Positions 1-13,900 of a stretch of DNA of 64,000 nucleotides are shown piece by piece. Under the pieces are notes generated by a model that was not told where the DNA came from, did no database searches, and worked only from the letters and a program-made list of their open reading frames with translations. The stretch lies in NCBI RefSeq assembly GCF_006345805.1, contig NC_043018.1:23498001-23562000 (forward strand), written 5' to 3'. A program made the translations under genes and the position numbers. Source of the DNA: Octopus sinensis (Eukaryota). Every line of letters starts with the position of its first letter. The stretch's first letter is position 1.

Positions 1-459
1 TGTATGTCATTTATTTCCTATTTTCCAAGAAAATATGTCCGACTGTAGGGAAATATTATCTTGCTTGGAAACAAGTGTGGGTTGGTGACAGGAAGAGCAT
101 TCCAGCCTTAGAAATTCTGCCCCAATAAGTTCTGTCCAATCCATGCAAGTGTGGATACATGGACATTAAAAAATGATGGTGATGACGGTGCTGCTGATGA
201 TGATGATGACGATGACAATGATGATGATGTGACAGATGATGATGACACATATGGCAGTGATGATGATGATGATGATGGCAGAGCTGTTGGTGACCCCTGT
301 GAAAATGATTATGGAGTTAGTGATGATGAGTGATGGTGCCAATGGTAGTGACAATCATGGTAATGATGATGATGATGACGGCAACGACGATGATGATGAT
401 GATGGTGATGATGATGATGATGATGATTGTTTATATATTGTAGTTTCTCTAAATTTCAG

Positions 460-571
460 GCTATGATAACAATGGTACCAGAAGCATGGCAGAATGATAA
501 AAACATGTTACCAGAGAAGGTGGCCTTCTACAGATGGAGTGCCCACACAATGGAACCATGGGATGGGCCAG
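460..571 (+). CDS. GLT1: GOGAT exon, GATase domain: [37 protein letters not shown]
   Basis: tttcag|GCT ... CCAG|gtaaat; ends in phase 1. Confidence 0.95.
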
Positions 572-3487
572 GTAAATCTTCAACCCTTACATTTCATCAG
601 TTTACACTCCATGTTCAAAGTACATGGATCTGACCCTCACTTCATGTTTTGATTCATGTAGCACATGTTTAGTTTACTTTTCAGTGCTGGGGTTCCCAAA
701 CAGTGGGCTGAAGCACACTGGCAAGTCATGTGATGTAGCCAGGTGTACTGTGAAATGTTGCCAGGTGTGCTGTGAGATGTATTCAGTTGTGCTGTGAAAT
801 GTAACCAGGTGTGCTGTGAAATGTTGCCTGGTGTGCTGTGAAATGTAGCCAGGTGTGCTGTGAAATGTTGCCAGGTGTGCTATGAAATGTAACCAGGTAT
901 GCTGTGAGATGTATTCAGTTGTGCTGTGAGATGTAGCCAGATGTGCTGTGAAATGTAACCAGGTGTGCTGTGAAATGTTGCCAGGTGTGCTGTGAAATGT
1001 AACCAGGTATGCTGTGAGATGTAGCCAGATGTGCTGTGAAATGTAACCAGGTGTGCTGTGAAATGTTGCCAGGTGTGCTGTGAAATGTTGCCAGGTGTGC
1101 TGTGAAATGTAGCCAGGTGTGCTGTGAGATATATCCAGGTGTGCTGTGAAATATAGCCAAGTTTACCATAAGATGTAGTCAGATGTGCCTTGAGATGTAT
1201 AAGTAAATGTATCATGTCCTGTATTGTGAGGAATAGCCGGGTGTGCCATGAGATTTTGCCAGGTATGCTTACAGATGTAGCTAAGTTTGTCATGAAATAT
1301 ACCTAGGTATGCTGTGAAATGTAGCCAGAAATGTGAGATATAGCCCGGTGTGTTGTGAAAATAATAAAATTGTTTATTTAAAAATAATGGGAAAAATAAA
1401 AATTCAAATTCTATATTTTAAATAGAAACATAATTAAATAAGAACATAATTAATATTGGTTTCACATTTTGCCACAAGACCAGCAAGTCGTTTACATCGA
1501 CCCCAGTGTTCAACTGGTACTTATTTTATTGACCTTGAACAGACAAAAGGTAAAGTTGACCTTGGCAGAATTTGAACTCAGAACTTAAAGACAGGAAAAT
1601 GCTGCTAAGCATTTTGCCCAGTGCTAACGATTCTGCAAGTTCACCACCTTTAGGACATGATTAATATTACGATGTCTGCAAGGTGGCAAGATGGCAGAAT
1701 CATTAGCATGTTGGGCGAAATACTTAGCAGCATTTTGTCTGCCGTTACGTTCTGAGTTCAAATTCCGCCGAGGTCAACTTTGCCTTTCATCCTTTCGGGG
1801 TCGATAAAATAAGTACTGGGGTCGATGTAATCAACTTAATTCCTTTGTCTGTCCTTGTTTGTCCCCTCTATGTTTAGCCCCTTGTGAGTAAAAAAAGAAA
1901 TAAGAATCGTTAGCATGCTGGGCAAAATGATTAGCAGTATTTCATTTGTCCTAACGTTCCGAATTCAAATTCTGCTGAGGTCAGCTTTACCTTTCATCCT
2001 TTCAGAGTTGATAAAATAACTATCAGTTGAGTACTGGGGGGGGGGGTCGATGTAATTGACTTACTCCTTTCCCCCAAAGTTGCTGGCCTTGTGCCAGAAT
2101 TTGAAACCAATATTTTCTCTGCATTCCATGTTCTAGGCTTCCACAGTCATCAGACAATTTCTTCTCTATCAGACAGCACAAACTTTGAGCCAACAAGCAA
2201 GTCCCTGTGGAACCACTCATTGTTCTAGAAATAGCAACCAAATTTCCTTCAAATCACACTCTGGAAGAATATAGTTTGAGATAACAGTTCCAATAGAGGG
2301 TGGTTATCGCTGGGATGTTCTTGACCAAAGTCTGCTTGATAAAGGTAGACCTTGAATCAACTCTTTGCCAGTCCAAAGCATTTTCATAAGTTTCTCCTAA
2401 CCATCCATGCCTGTTTTCAAACTTTTAATTAAAAGCCCTTGTTTCATACATTCTTAGGAATATAAAGCTTTCTTTTTATAAGTCCTAAATTACTCTGGTG
2501 GTGGAAAAAAGGAATTGGTAATGTCTATCGTATATGATGTATGGATACCAGGGAAATATATCCTGTGTGTCACATATGATACACAAGACAAGCAAAGGGT
2601 TTTATAATGAAACTGGAGACGACGATCTCCTGGGGCTAAAAAGCTACAGTAATACCCCCCACCCCTAGTGGTTAGCCATATTAAGATGGCTAGTATAGTT
2701 TACGTTGTCGAGCGCTTACTGTTTACATCTCGCTCAGAGATTTATTATTGCTTTCAGACCGTTTTTCGAAATCAGTGACAGTGGTTACTGGGAAAAATAT
2801 TAAATAGATATTTGCAAACAGGTCTCTCTTATCGAAAACCCGTGATTAGCGTGTGTTGACAAGAGACTATAATCTCGAAACTGCAGTCCATGCGTATCAC
2901 TTAGGTTTTCGAGAGGGGATGCCCTCCCTTTGCGAATATCATTAAAGGGCACAGGATTGTGTCTAAAACCAGTTGGAGACGATGATCTCCTGGGGCTAAA
3001 AAGCTACAGTAACACCCCTACCCCTAGTGGTTAGCCATATTAAGATGGCTAGTATACTTTACATATACAAACTTAGATGATACTTTATTCCACCTCTTCA
3101 TAGTGATTAGTTTTATCATCTCACTAATCCCAGTTCTGGCCTGATTTTAAGAGGTCAATTAACAGCAATGGAAGGGGTCAGCTTGTAGTATTTCACTCAT
3201 TATTCAAACGTTTTTTTTTTTCTTTTTTTCCTATTGTAGCTCTCTTCACTTTCACTGATGGACGTTACATTGGAGCCATTCTTGACCGAAATGGTCTGAG
3301 GCCGTCCAGATTCTATGTTACCAAATCCAACCACATGTACATGGCCAGTGAAGTGGGTGTCGTCGACATACCACCCTCAGAGATTGTCATGAAGGTAACT
3401 TAATTATTCTTGCTGATTCATTTAGAAAACAGAATGAGGTGTATTTGCATATGTGTATTTGTGCATGTATTTATATGCGTGTTTGTG

Positions 3488-3525
<38 letters not shown>

Positions 3526-3791
3526 TCTTTTATTTAATTCAATGATTAGACTGTGGCCATGCTGGGGCACCACCCCGAAGAATTTTAGTCAAATGACCCA
3601 GTACTATTTTTTTAAACCTGATACTTAGTCTTTGGGTCTCTATTGCTGAACCGCTAAGTTATGGGGGATGTAAACACACCAACACCAGTTGTCAAGTGGT
3701 AGTGGGGAACAAATACAGACACAAACAACACATACTTTAAAGTAAAGATTATTTGCCAACATAATATGGCATATATATATATATTTATTTA

Positions 3792-3832
<41 letters not shown>

Positions 3833-5732
3833 TATATATATTATATATATATATATATATATATGTGGAGGCGTAATGGCCCAGTGGTTAGGGCATCGGA
3901 CTCGCAGTCGTAGGATCGCGGTTTCGATTCCAAGACTGGGCGTTGTGAGTGCTTATTGAGCAAAAACACCTAAAAGCTCCACGAGGCTCCAGCAGGGGCT
4001 GGTGGCGATCCCTGCTGTACTCTTTCACCACAACTTTCTCTCACTCTTCTGTTGGCCTGCTCACTTAGCCAGCGGGGTGGCGTCATTTGAAGGCTAAAAC
4101 AATGCGAAGCACATTGTGACCAGCGATGTGTAGCAACATCTGATAGCCTGGTCGGTCACAGTGATCAGGGTGATATATATATGTGTGATGGGCTTCTTTC
4201 AGTTTCCATCTGCTAAATCCACTCACAAGGCTTTGGTTGGCTTGAGGCTATAGTAGAAGGCACTTGCCCAAGGTAGATTGAACCCAGAATCATGTGGTTG
4301 GGAAACAAACTTCTTACCACACAGTCACACCAGCAGCTATATAAATGTGATGCCATAATTTCCTCTCTTTGACCTAATCTGTTTTTACACTCTGTGACTA
4401 ATTTACTAACCCTATAATTTCAGTTTGTATGAACAATTTTCTATCACTTATATACACTCTGTTAGCCAATATTTGCTACAATGTTGACTGAAGAACCAAA
4501 TTGGACTTATCAATCCTCTCTTATTTGCAATAAATATAGAGGAAGGCAGACAAAAGTCATGCACCAAAATATTTGACATTTTATTTATACTCTCTTTACT
4601 CTTTTACTTGTTTCAGTCATTTGACTGCGGCCATGCTGGAGCACTGCCATTAGTCGAGCAAATCGACCCCAGGACTTATTCTTTGTAAGCCCAGTACTTA
4701 TTCTATCGGTCTCCGTTGCTGAACCGCTAAGTTACAGGGACATAAACACACCAGCATCGGTTGTCAAGCAATGCTAAGGGGACAAACACAGACACACAAA
4801 CACACACACACACACACACGCACACACACACACACACATATATATACATACATATATACAACGGGCTTCTTTGAGTTTTCGTCTACCAAATCCACTCACA
4901 AGGCTTTGGTCAGCCCGAGGCTATAGTGGAAGACGCTTGCCCAAGATGCCACACAGTGGGACTGAACCCAGAACCATGTGGTTGGTTAGCAAGCTACTTA
5001 CCACACAGCCACCGCTCCGCCTATATTACTTTATTATTATTATTATTATTATTATTATGAAAGACTCTCGGATAGTTCTTAATAACCAGTTATTCTTTAC
5101 TTGAAAGCAGACAATAACAAATTACCAAAGGTTTCAAGTAGTGCCTTCTCCTGTGACTCAAAGAGAAAAATACTCTCCTTAGAATGCAAGCTGTACCCAA
5201 CCATGCTGTCTTCTGGATCACTCCGAGCCTGACAGCAGCTCCAATATTCTTAATATGTTTTTCAGACCCCTTGGAAATTGCTCCTTAATACTCCAATTAC
5301 CACCGGTATCACCATTACTTTCCTCGTGCCCCATAACTTTCCTATCTCGTCCCTCAGTGGCTGGTGTTTCTCAATCTTTTCTGTTTCCTTACATTTCACC
5401 CTCGAATCGCCTGCTATTGCAACATCTGTTATCTTTACTTCATTTTCATCTTTATGGATGACCACGGTATCTGGTCATTTCACCTCTACGACTTGGATGC
5501 ACTGCATGTTAAAGTCTCAGAGTATTTTGCAATGTTCGTCTTCTATTACTCCCTCTGGCTAGTGTTCATACCATTGTTCAGCTCTCTTCAGGTTTGCTTT
5601 ACCACACAACAGCCAGTGGACATATCTGGCCACATTGCCACATCGTCATGTCTCCTTTTATACTCATGTTGTGCAAGCTTACAGCACTCATTATCATCAT
5701 TATTATTATTATTGTTATTATTGTTATTATTA

Positions 5733-5771
<39 letters not shown>

Positions 5772-5936
5772 TTTCATTCAACGTATACAAGTACCTGTCT
5801 CTTCATCGTTATTTTATTTATTTTATTCAATTTTAGAAAAATTGATGCATGTCTTTGACAATTACAGAGCATATTGAATTATTTGTTGTGACATTTGGCT
5901 CACATTGTATATATATGTATGTATGTATATATATAT

Positions 5937-5967
<31 letters not shown>

Positions 5968-6374
5968 ATATATATTATATTTTCAACATTACAAAAGCAT
6001 AACAAACAGAAAATTTTTAGCTAATTCCTCATTAGTCAACATCCAAAAGATCATACAATTTCATGCCTTCATGTGTGTGAGTGTAAATATATACATGTAT
6101 GTATGCATATGTATATATATATGTTGTAATTATATATATATATATATAATATATATATATATATATAGATATTATATATATATATATATATATATACATA
6201 CAAAATATATTATATATATATATATATCTACAAATATATATATATATATATATACATACAAATATATATATATATATATATATATACAATACAATATATA
6301 TATATATATTATATAATATATATTTATATTATACATACAAATAATATATATATATATATATACATACAAATATA

Positions 6375-6423
<49 letters not shown>

Positions 6424-6462
6424 CAAATATATATCTATATATATATATATATATATATACAT

Positions 6463-6493
<31 letters not shown>

Positions 6494-6520
6494 TCTATAT
6501 ATATATATACATACATACAA

Positions 6521-6581
<61 letters not shown>

Positions 6582-6936
6582 TGTGTGTGTGTGTGTATAT
6601 ATACTCTTACCTACACACATGTACCTACTTACATATACATAGTAGCACTTTAATGACTGACTGTACCTTTTGTAAATTTTCTCTTTCCCTCTTTCCAGCA
6701 TCGCCTGAAACCTGGCCGTATTCTTCTTGTTGATACTTTAGAAAAATCTTTTAATCTCCAAGATGATGCAATTAAATCTAAGATATCCAGAATTCACCCT
6801 GTCATGGAATGGCTGGATACTGAAGTAAGAAAATTTTCTCCTTCTTTATATATATGCAGTAATCTCTTGCCATGTCATGGATTTTCACCTATCGCAGGGA
6901 GGTTTTGGAATGTAACACCCGTGATGGTCGAGGGAT

Positions 6937-6972
<36 letters not shown>

Positions 6973-9900
6973 CCGTGTGTATAAAGCTTGTGGATACCAG
7001 TGCCATGCACCCATACTGGTGCTGTGTAAAAGCATCAAGTAGACTCTGTAAAGTGGTTGGCATTAGGAAGGGTGTCCAGCTGTAGAAACCATGCCAAAAC
7101 ATACACGGAGCCTGGGCAGCCCTCCAGCCTTGCCAACTCCTGTCAAACTGTCCAACCCATGCCAGCATGGAAAACAGATGTTAAATGATGATGATGATGA
7201 TGAAATATATAACTGGCAATACACACACACACCTACACACATGCACAAACACACACACACACACACACACATACACACAAACATCAACATATACATGCCT
7301 ATACACAACATACACACGCATGCATGCACATCAGCACATACATGCATATACACAACACACACATACACACAAACATCAACACATACATGCATGTATGCAA
7401 CACACACAAATGTCAACACATACATGCATATACACAACATACATACACACATGCAAGCACACACATCAGCACATACATGCATATACACAACACACACATA
7501 CACACATACATACACACACACCTACATAAATCTTTTCAATCACAAAGTGGTTCCTTTCGCCAAAGTCGAGCCCTCCGTTTTACCCACCGTGTAAAAAGTA
7601 GGATCTTTACCAGATTAATGTTGTTGTTGCCTTTCTTAATGTTGCTCTAATATTTACATTTTTAAACCTTCGATTTCCAGAGCATCAGTATGGCAGAACT
7701 GCGCAAGCTCCACCAACCCAAGACCCCTTCACTTTGTACTTCTCACAAAATCAAAGGCACAGTAACAGTGGAAGGTGGGCCCTTACAACACGATCTCCGT
7801 CTTACCATGTTTGGCTACACAACTGAAGCAATCAATATGCTTGTCCTGCCTATGGTTAAAGACAAGTAAGTGTGTAATGTCTTTCCTGTTCTGTATTTTG
7901 CAATAGAATCTACTTTGTTTTATGATATGCTCCCTGTGTAGTGAAGTGTGTAACACCTTTTCTGTCTTTGACCCCTTAGCATTCAGATTATTCTGTCAAA
8001 TGCAATACCTATTTATTCACATTGCTTCGAATTCATCATGCATTATCACATAGCTTTTCAGATTTCAATGATGTGATTGTTTATATCTAGAATGACATTG
8101 TTGGGTAGGTGTGAGAAGCTGGATTTGTCTAGTTTCAACATAAATCAGAGTAGAATACTTTAGCCTGAACTGGTTGGTTTAAATGCTAAACGGTTGGGGT
8201 TGCAAGCTAGCAGAATTATTACTGTGCTGAACAAAATGCTTCATGGCATTTCTTCTGACTTTATGTTCTGTGTTCAAATGCCACTGGGGTCAACTTTGCT
8301 TTTCATCCTTTCGTGGTCGACTTTGCCTTTTGTCTTTTTGGGATCGACTTTGCCTTTCATCCTTTCGGGGTCAACTTTGCTTTTCATCCTTTCATGGTCA
8401 ACTTTGCCTTTTGTCTTTTTGGGATCGACTTTGCCTTTCATCCTTTTGGGGTCAGCTTTGCCTTTTATCCTTTCAGGGTCGACTTCTCCTTTCCTCCTTT
8501 TGGGGTCGATAAAATAAGTACCAGTTGAGGACTGGGGGTCAATGTAATTTACTTCGCCCTCCCCCACCCAATTGCTGGCCTTGCACCAGAATTTGAAACC
8601 TATATCCGTTCTGTCTTTAACTCTGTGATATTTATTGTGTTATGTAGTATTTTATGGCTCCTCTTTCTTAAAGCATGTAATACCTCTATTCTAAAATCAG
8701 TTTCTCTAGTCTAAAATGTGTAGTAATAGCTCCTGCTATAACCGTATTCTTAGTTCCAAACTCTGTTGTACCTGATCTGTTTCTAAACAATCTAATAGCC
8801 TGCTCTGCTGTTCTTTTACTCTTTTACTTGTTTCAGTCATGTAACTGTGGCCATGCTGGAGCACCGCCTTTAGTCGAGCAAATCGACCCCAGGACTTATT
8901 CTTTGTAAGCCTAGTCCTTATTCTATCGGTCTCTTTTGCTGAACTGCTAAGTTACGGGGACGTAAACATATCAGCATTGGTTATCAAGCGATGTTGGGAG
9001 GGACAAACACAGACACACAAACATATACACACATACATATATATATATTATATATATATATATATAATATATATATATATATACACACACAATATATACA
9101 CATATATGCGATGGGCTTCTTTCAGTTTCTGTCTACCAAATCCACTCACAAGGCTTTGGTTGGCTCGAGGCTATAGTAGAAGACACTTGCCCAAGGTGTC
9201 ACGCAGTGGGACTGAACCCGGAACCATGTGGTTGGTAAGCAAGCTACTTACCACACAGCCACTCCTACGCCTACTGTCGTATTCGATGTTCACCTGTTCT
9301 GTTTCTAATAGGCTTAGAAATAAGCACCTGGGTCTGATTTGTTCGACTAAACACATCAGTCTGTTTAGTTAAGCACTTCAAGATTGAAAGAAGTTGAAGA
9401 GAANNNNNNNNNNNNNNNNNNNNNNNNNNNNNNNNNNNNNNNNNNNNNNNNNNNNNNNNNNNNNNNNNNNNNNNNNNNNNNNNNNNNNNNNNNNNNNNNN
9501 NNNGCGAAGGTTATTCATCATATATATACACAAGTGTTATTAAAGGTAATTTTGAAATTAGGTTGGTAGGGATACACAATCCTAGCAGGTACCATATAAT
9601 AATAATGCTGGCTAGTTAATATAATAATAATGCTGGCTAGTCTCTGTGAGCGTAGAAAAACTCCAGATAAACTCTGGATGAAGATTTGTTATAAGCTAAC
9701 AGTAAAAATTCAAATTTTAATAGAACCCCCAAAATTTGTGAACTTGCAAGTTTTCATTTAAACTGAACTTAAAGTAATACAATATTGGTAGGATACCAAT
9801 AAATGCTTTATTATTATTGCTCTCTTTAGTCTTGGGCCACAGCTCTCCACAGGGCCTATCTTAAAAGTCTGCACGGAGTATGGATTTTAAGTTAGGACAA

Positions 9901-10563
9901 TATATAATGCTTATGTACAATTTGACTAATTCTACATGGAATATATTACTATTATGTACAACTAAAAATTATATACAAATATGTAACTGTTCTATATAAT
10001 GGGAATAAATTTTGATGAGAATCTCACACATCCATTACAACACACACACACACACACACACACACTACACACACACATGCGAACAAATAAATACACAGTT
10101 CTAAATACACACACCATAATTGTCTTCTCTCTCTTTCTCATTATTATTATTATTATATTATTACAGGGTGCCCAGATATTTGAGGCCATTGGTCTTGATC
10201 AGGAAGTTATTGACAAATGTTTTGTTGGAACACCTTCCAGAATTGGTGGTGCCACATTTGCTATTCTTGCCGAGGAGGTTTGTCTTTGCTGTTTTTTTAT
10301 TTTCTATTTTGTTCAAAATTTAACAACCTTCTGTATCATGAAGGCCTATATAAGTGCCAATAGATATATGAAAGAGATGATTATAAACATATGACAGAGC
10401 TGGTCATAATTGTATGATAGAGATGGTTATGGATGTATGTTAGAGATGGTCACAGATGTATAATATATATATATATGTTTATATATATAGTATATCTCAA
10501 TATATATTAAATATATATAGGTATGTTGGCACAAAACAGGAAAAAATAGAACTCAAAATATGA

Positions 10564-10618
<55 letters not shown>

Positions 10619-10861
10619 ATATATATGCCGGTGCCCCAGCATGGCCACAGCTCATGAGCTGAAACTAGAATCAATCATATATAATTATATATATATAATT
10701 ACATACAGAGATACTCACGTGCACATACACATACAGCTCAAATTTACAGAAAACAAAAGACGAAGACAGATGAGGAACTACGCTCTTCAACAGAAAGAGT
10801 TGAGAGCAAAAAAAAGGAAAGAGAACAAAAACAAAAAACAGAAAGAGAAATATAATGTGTA

Positions 10862-10902
<41 letters not shown>

Positions 10903-13900
10903 ATATAGTTACTACGGGGATACTTAGACCTCTTATAGGGATATTTTTATCCAAGATACACTGGTTTAATATATTGTATTTTGAAGAAATATTTCTTCAA
11001 TAAATATAATATAAAATATCAAATATTATTATTAACAAAGAATAAGTCCTGGAGTCGATAGTTCGACTAAGGCGGTGCTCCAGCATGGGAGCAGTCAAAT
11101 GACTGAAACATGTAATAGAATAAAAGAATATATATATATATATATATATATAGGTGGACTGACTACCTGGGACGTAGTCAGTCCACCTGTGCATACCTTC
11201 CTTCTTGTGACACTTGTGAAGACCTGCTGCAAATCAAAATAGATGAACATCAATGGAATTTGTATCTTTGTGGTACCAGTGCCGGTGGCACAGGGCACAT
11301 AAGAAAACCATCCGAACGTGGCCGTAGCCAGTACCGCATCGACTGGCCTCCGTGCTGTGGGCACGTAACAAGCACCATCCGATCGTGGCCGTTTGCCAGC
11401 CTCATCTGGCACCTGTGTCGGTGGCACATAAAAACACCATCCGAGCGTGGCCGTCTGCCAGCCTCGTCTGGCACCTGTGTCGGTGGCACATAAAAACACC
11501 ATCCGAGCGTGGCCGTCTGCCAGCCTCGTCTGGCACCTGTGTCGGTGGCACATAAAAAACACCATCCAGCGTGGCCGTCTGCCAGCCTCATCTGGCACCT
11601 GTGTCGGTGCACATAAAAAAACCATCCGAGCGTGGCCGTCTGCCAGCCTCATCTGGCACCTGTGTCGGTGGCACATAAAAAACACCATCTGAGCGTGGCC
11701 GTTTGCCAGCCTCGTCTGGCACCTGTGTCGGTGGCACATAAAATCACCCACTACACTCTCGGAGTGGTTGGCGTTAGGAAGGGCATCCAGCTGTAGAAAC
11801 ACTGCCAGATCTGACTGGACTGGTGCAGCTTTCGGGCTCCCCAGACCCCAGTTGAACCGTCCAACCCATGCTAGCATGGAAAGCGGACGTTAAATGATGA
11901 TGATGATGATGATGATATATATATATATATATATCCCTACACATTATTTTCTCTCTCTGTTATATATATAATACATGTATGTGATGTGTGTGTATCTGTA
12001 TATATATGTATGTATCCTTACCATCAAAGTTTTCCTATGTCTGTGACAAGTGTTCAGCATTAAACCATTATCTAGTTTCCATTTCTCTCTTCACATCCTG
12101 TAGACCCTGACAAGATACCAGAATGCCTTTTCACAACACAAAGCTGACCAAATAATCATGAACAATCCTGGATTCTACCACTGGAGAGATGGCGGTGAGA
12201 AACATATGAACGACCCAGAAACCGTAGCACTTTTGCAGGTAACTTCACCTTTATTTGATCTCGTAAATAATGTGAGTGTGTGTGTGTTTGTATCTCTTTG
12301 TCTTGACATCATGTGATAGTTGTAAATGAGGGTCTCTGTTATACAAGCAGTGCATCCAGCTATAAAAACCATGCAGAAACCTACAGTGCCTGTCCTGGGG
12401 CCATGTAAAAAGCATGCAGACCCCTCTGTGGAGTGGTTGGTTTGGAAGAGCATCCAGCCATAAAAACCCTGCCGAAACAGGCACAGATGTATGGTGCAGG
12501 TTTCTGTGTGGCCAACTTCGGTCAAACCGTCCAACCCATGCCAGCATGGAAAGAGGAAGTTAAATAATGATGATGATGATGATGATGATGATGTGAAGGT
12601 GCGTGGCATAGTAGTTAGGGTGTTAGACTCATGATTGTAAGATTCTGGTTTCAGTTCCTGGACTGGGTGGTGTGTTGTGTTCTTGAGCAAAACACTTCAT
12701 TTCACGTTGCTTCAGTCTGCTCAGCTGGCAAGAACAAATAATCCTGCAATGAACCAGCATCCCGTCCAGGATTGGTGGGGTGGGGGTGGCAGTGGGAGAA
12801 TATCTCACGGAAACAGGGAAATCGGACTTGTGAGATATTATGCCTTGGGAGGGAACTTTATCATTTTATCATGCAAACAGTGTCATTCATTTCCAATATT
12901 CTGTGAAAACATGTCTGGCCATGGGGAAATATTACCTTTGCTTGGAAACAGATAAGGGTTGGCAACAGGAAGGGCATCCAGCCATAGGAAATCTACCTCA
13001 ATTTACTCTGTCCAACTCGTGTAAGCATGGAAAAGTGGATGTTAAATGATGATGATGATGATGATACTGATGTCTTCTCATATTTTCAGATATTTCTTTC
13101 CTCATACAATAAATAATTCTATTTACCTCTTTTCAATGAATTTGATACTAAAACAGTACAACAACTGAATGGCCTTGTCCCTAGCGCCATCCTTCTCTTG
13201 CACCTCACCCACATCCATCACCTGTGTTGCCTTCTACTGCTTCCACCTTCTCCCTCATCAACTTATGTTCACCATCGACCACACTTCCAACCTTGTTCAT
13301 CATTCACTGCTCATGGCACCCTCTCGAACCCTTTGCACCACTTACCTTTAATTACCCTTCTGTAACTCAAGGGTGTGTCCTGACACATCATCCCCGCCAT
13401 GCTCCTCCTCTTCCAACTGGGGTAACCATGTATCTCCCCTACAACCCAGCACCTGTTTCTATACCTGCATCATACTTTAACCTCTCATCACTAGCATAAG
13501 GCCTCCCTCAATGCACTCCACCCATTTTAGTTAAGGGGCTCTTGTCTTGTGAGTTACTCAGCTGACCTCACTAGTGCTGGTGTCACGTAAAAAGCACCCA
13601 GTTCACTATGTAATGTTGTTGGTGTTATGAAGGGCATCCAGCCATAGAAACTCAGAGTAGACATTGGAGCGTGATGCAGTCCACTGAATCATCAGCTCTT
13701 ATGAAACCATCCATTCCACACATCATCATCATCATCATCATCGTTTAACGTCCGCTTTCCATGCTAGCATGGGTTGGACGGTTCAACTGGGGTCTGGCAA
13801 GCCCGAAGGCTACACCAGGCCAGTCAGATCTGGCAGTGTTTCTACAGCTGGATGCCCTTCCTAACGCCAACCACTCCAAGAGTGTAGTGGGTGATTTATG

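Noticed and set aside
151-466. Asp-rich and His-rich ORFs at the window start
   Set aside because: (GAT)n microsatellite in the intron upstream of the first exon.
5849-6520. YI/IY-rich ORFs here and at 42195-42683, and HT-rich ORFs at 7063-7650
   Set aside because: Stop-free frames of (TA)n and (CA)n repeats.
11380-11745. CRISPR-like appearance of the regular repeats here and at 735-1340
   Set aside because: Contiguous tandem units without unique spacers, in eukaryotic intron context.
11095-11877. 260-aa ORF with repeated CHRHRCQ motifs, also at 44767-45207
   Set aside because: Reading frame through the 62-bp VNTR of a SINE-like repeat; no protein homology recognised.
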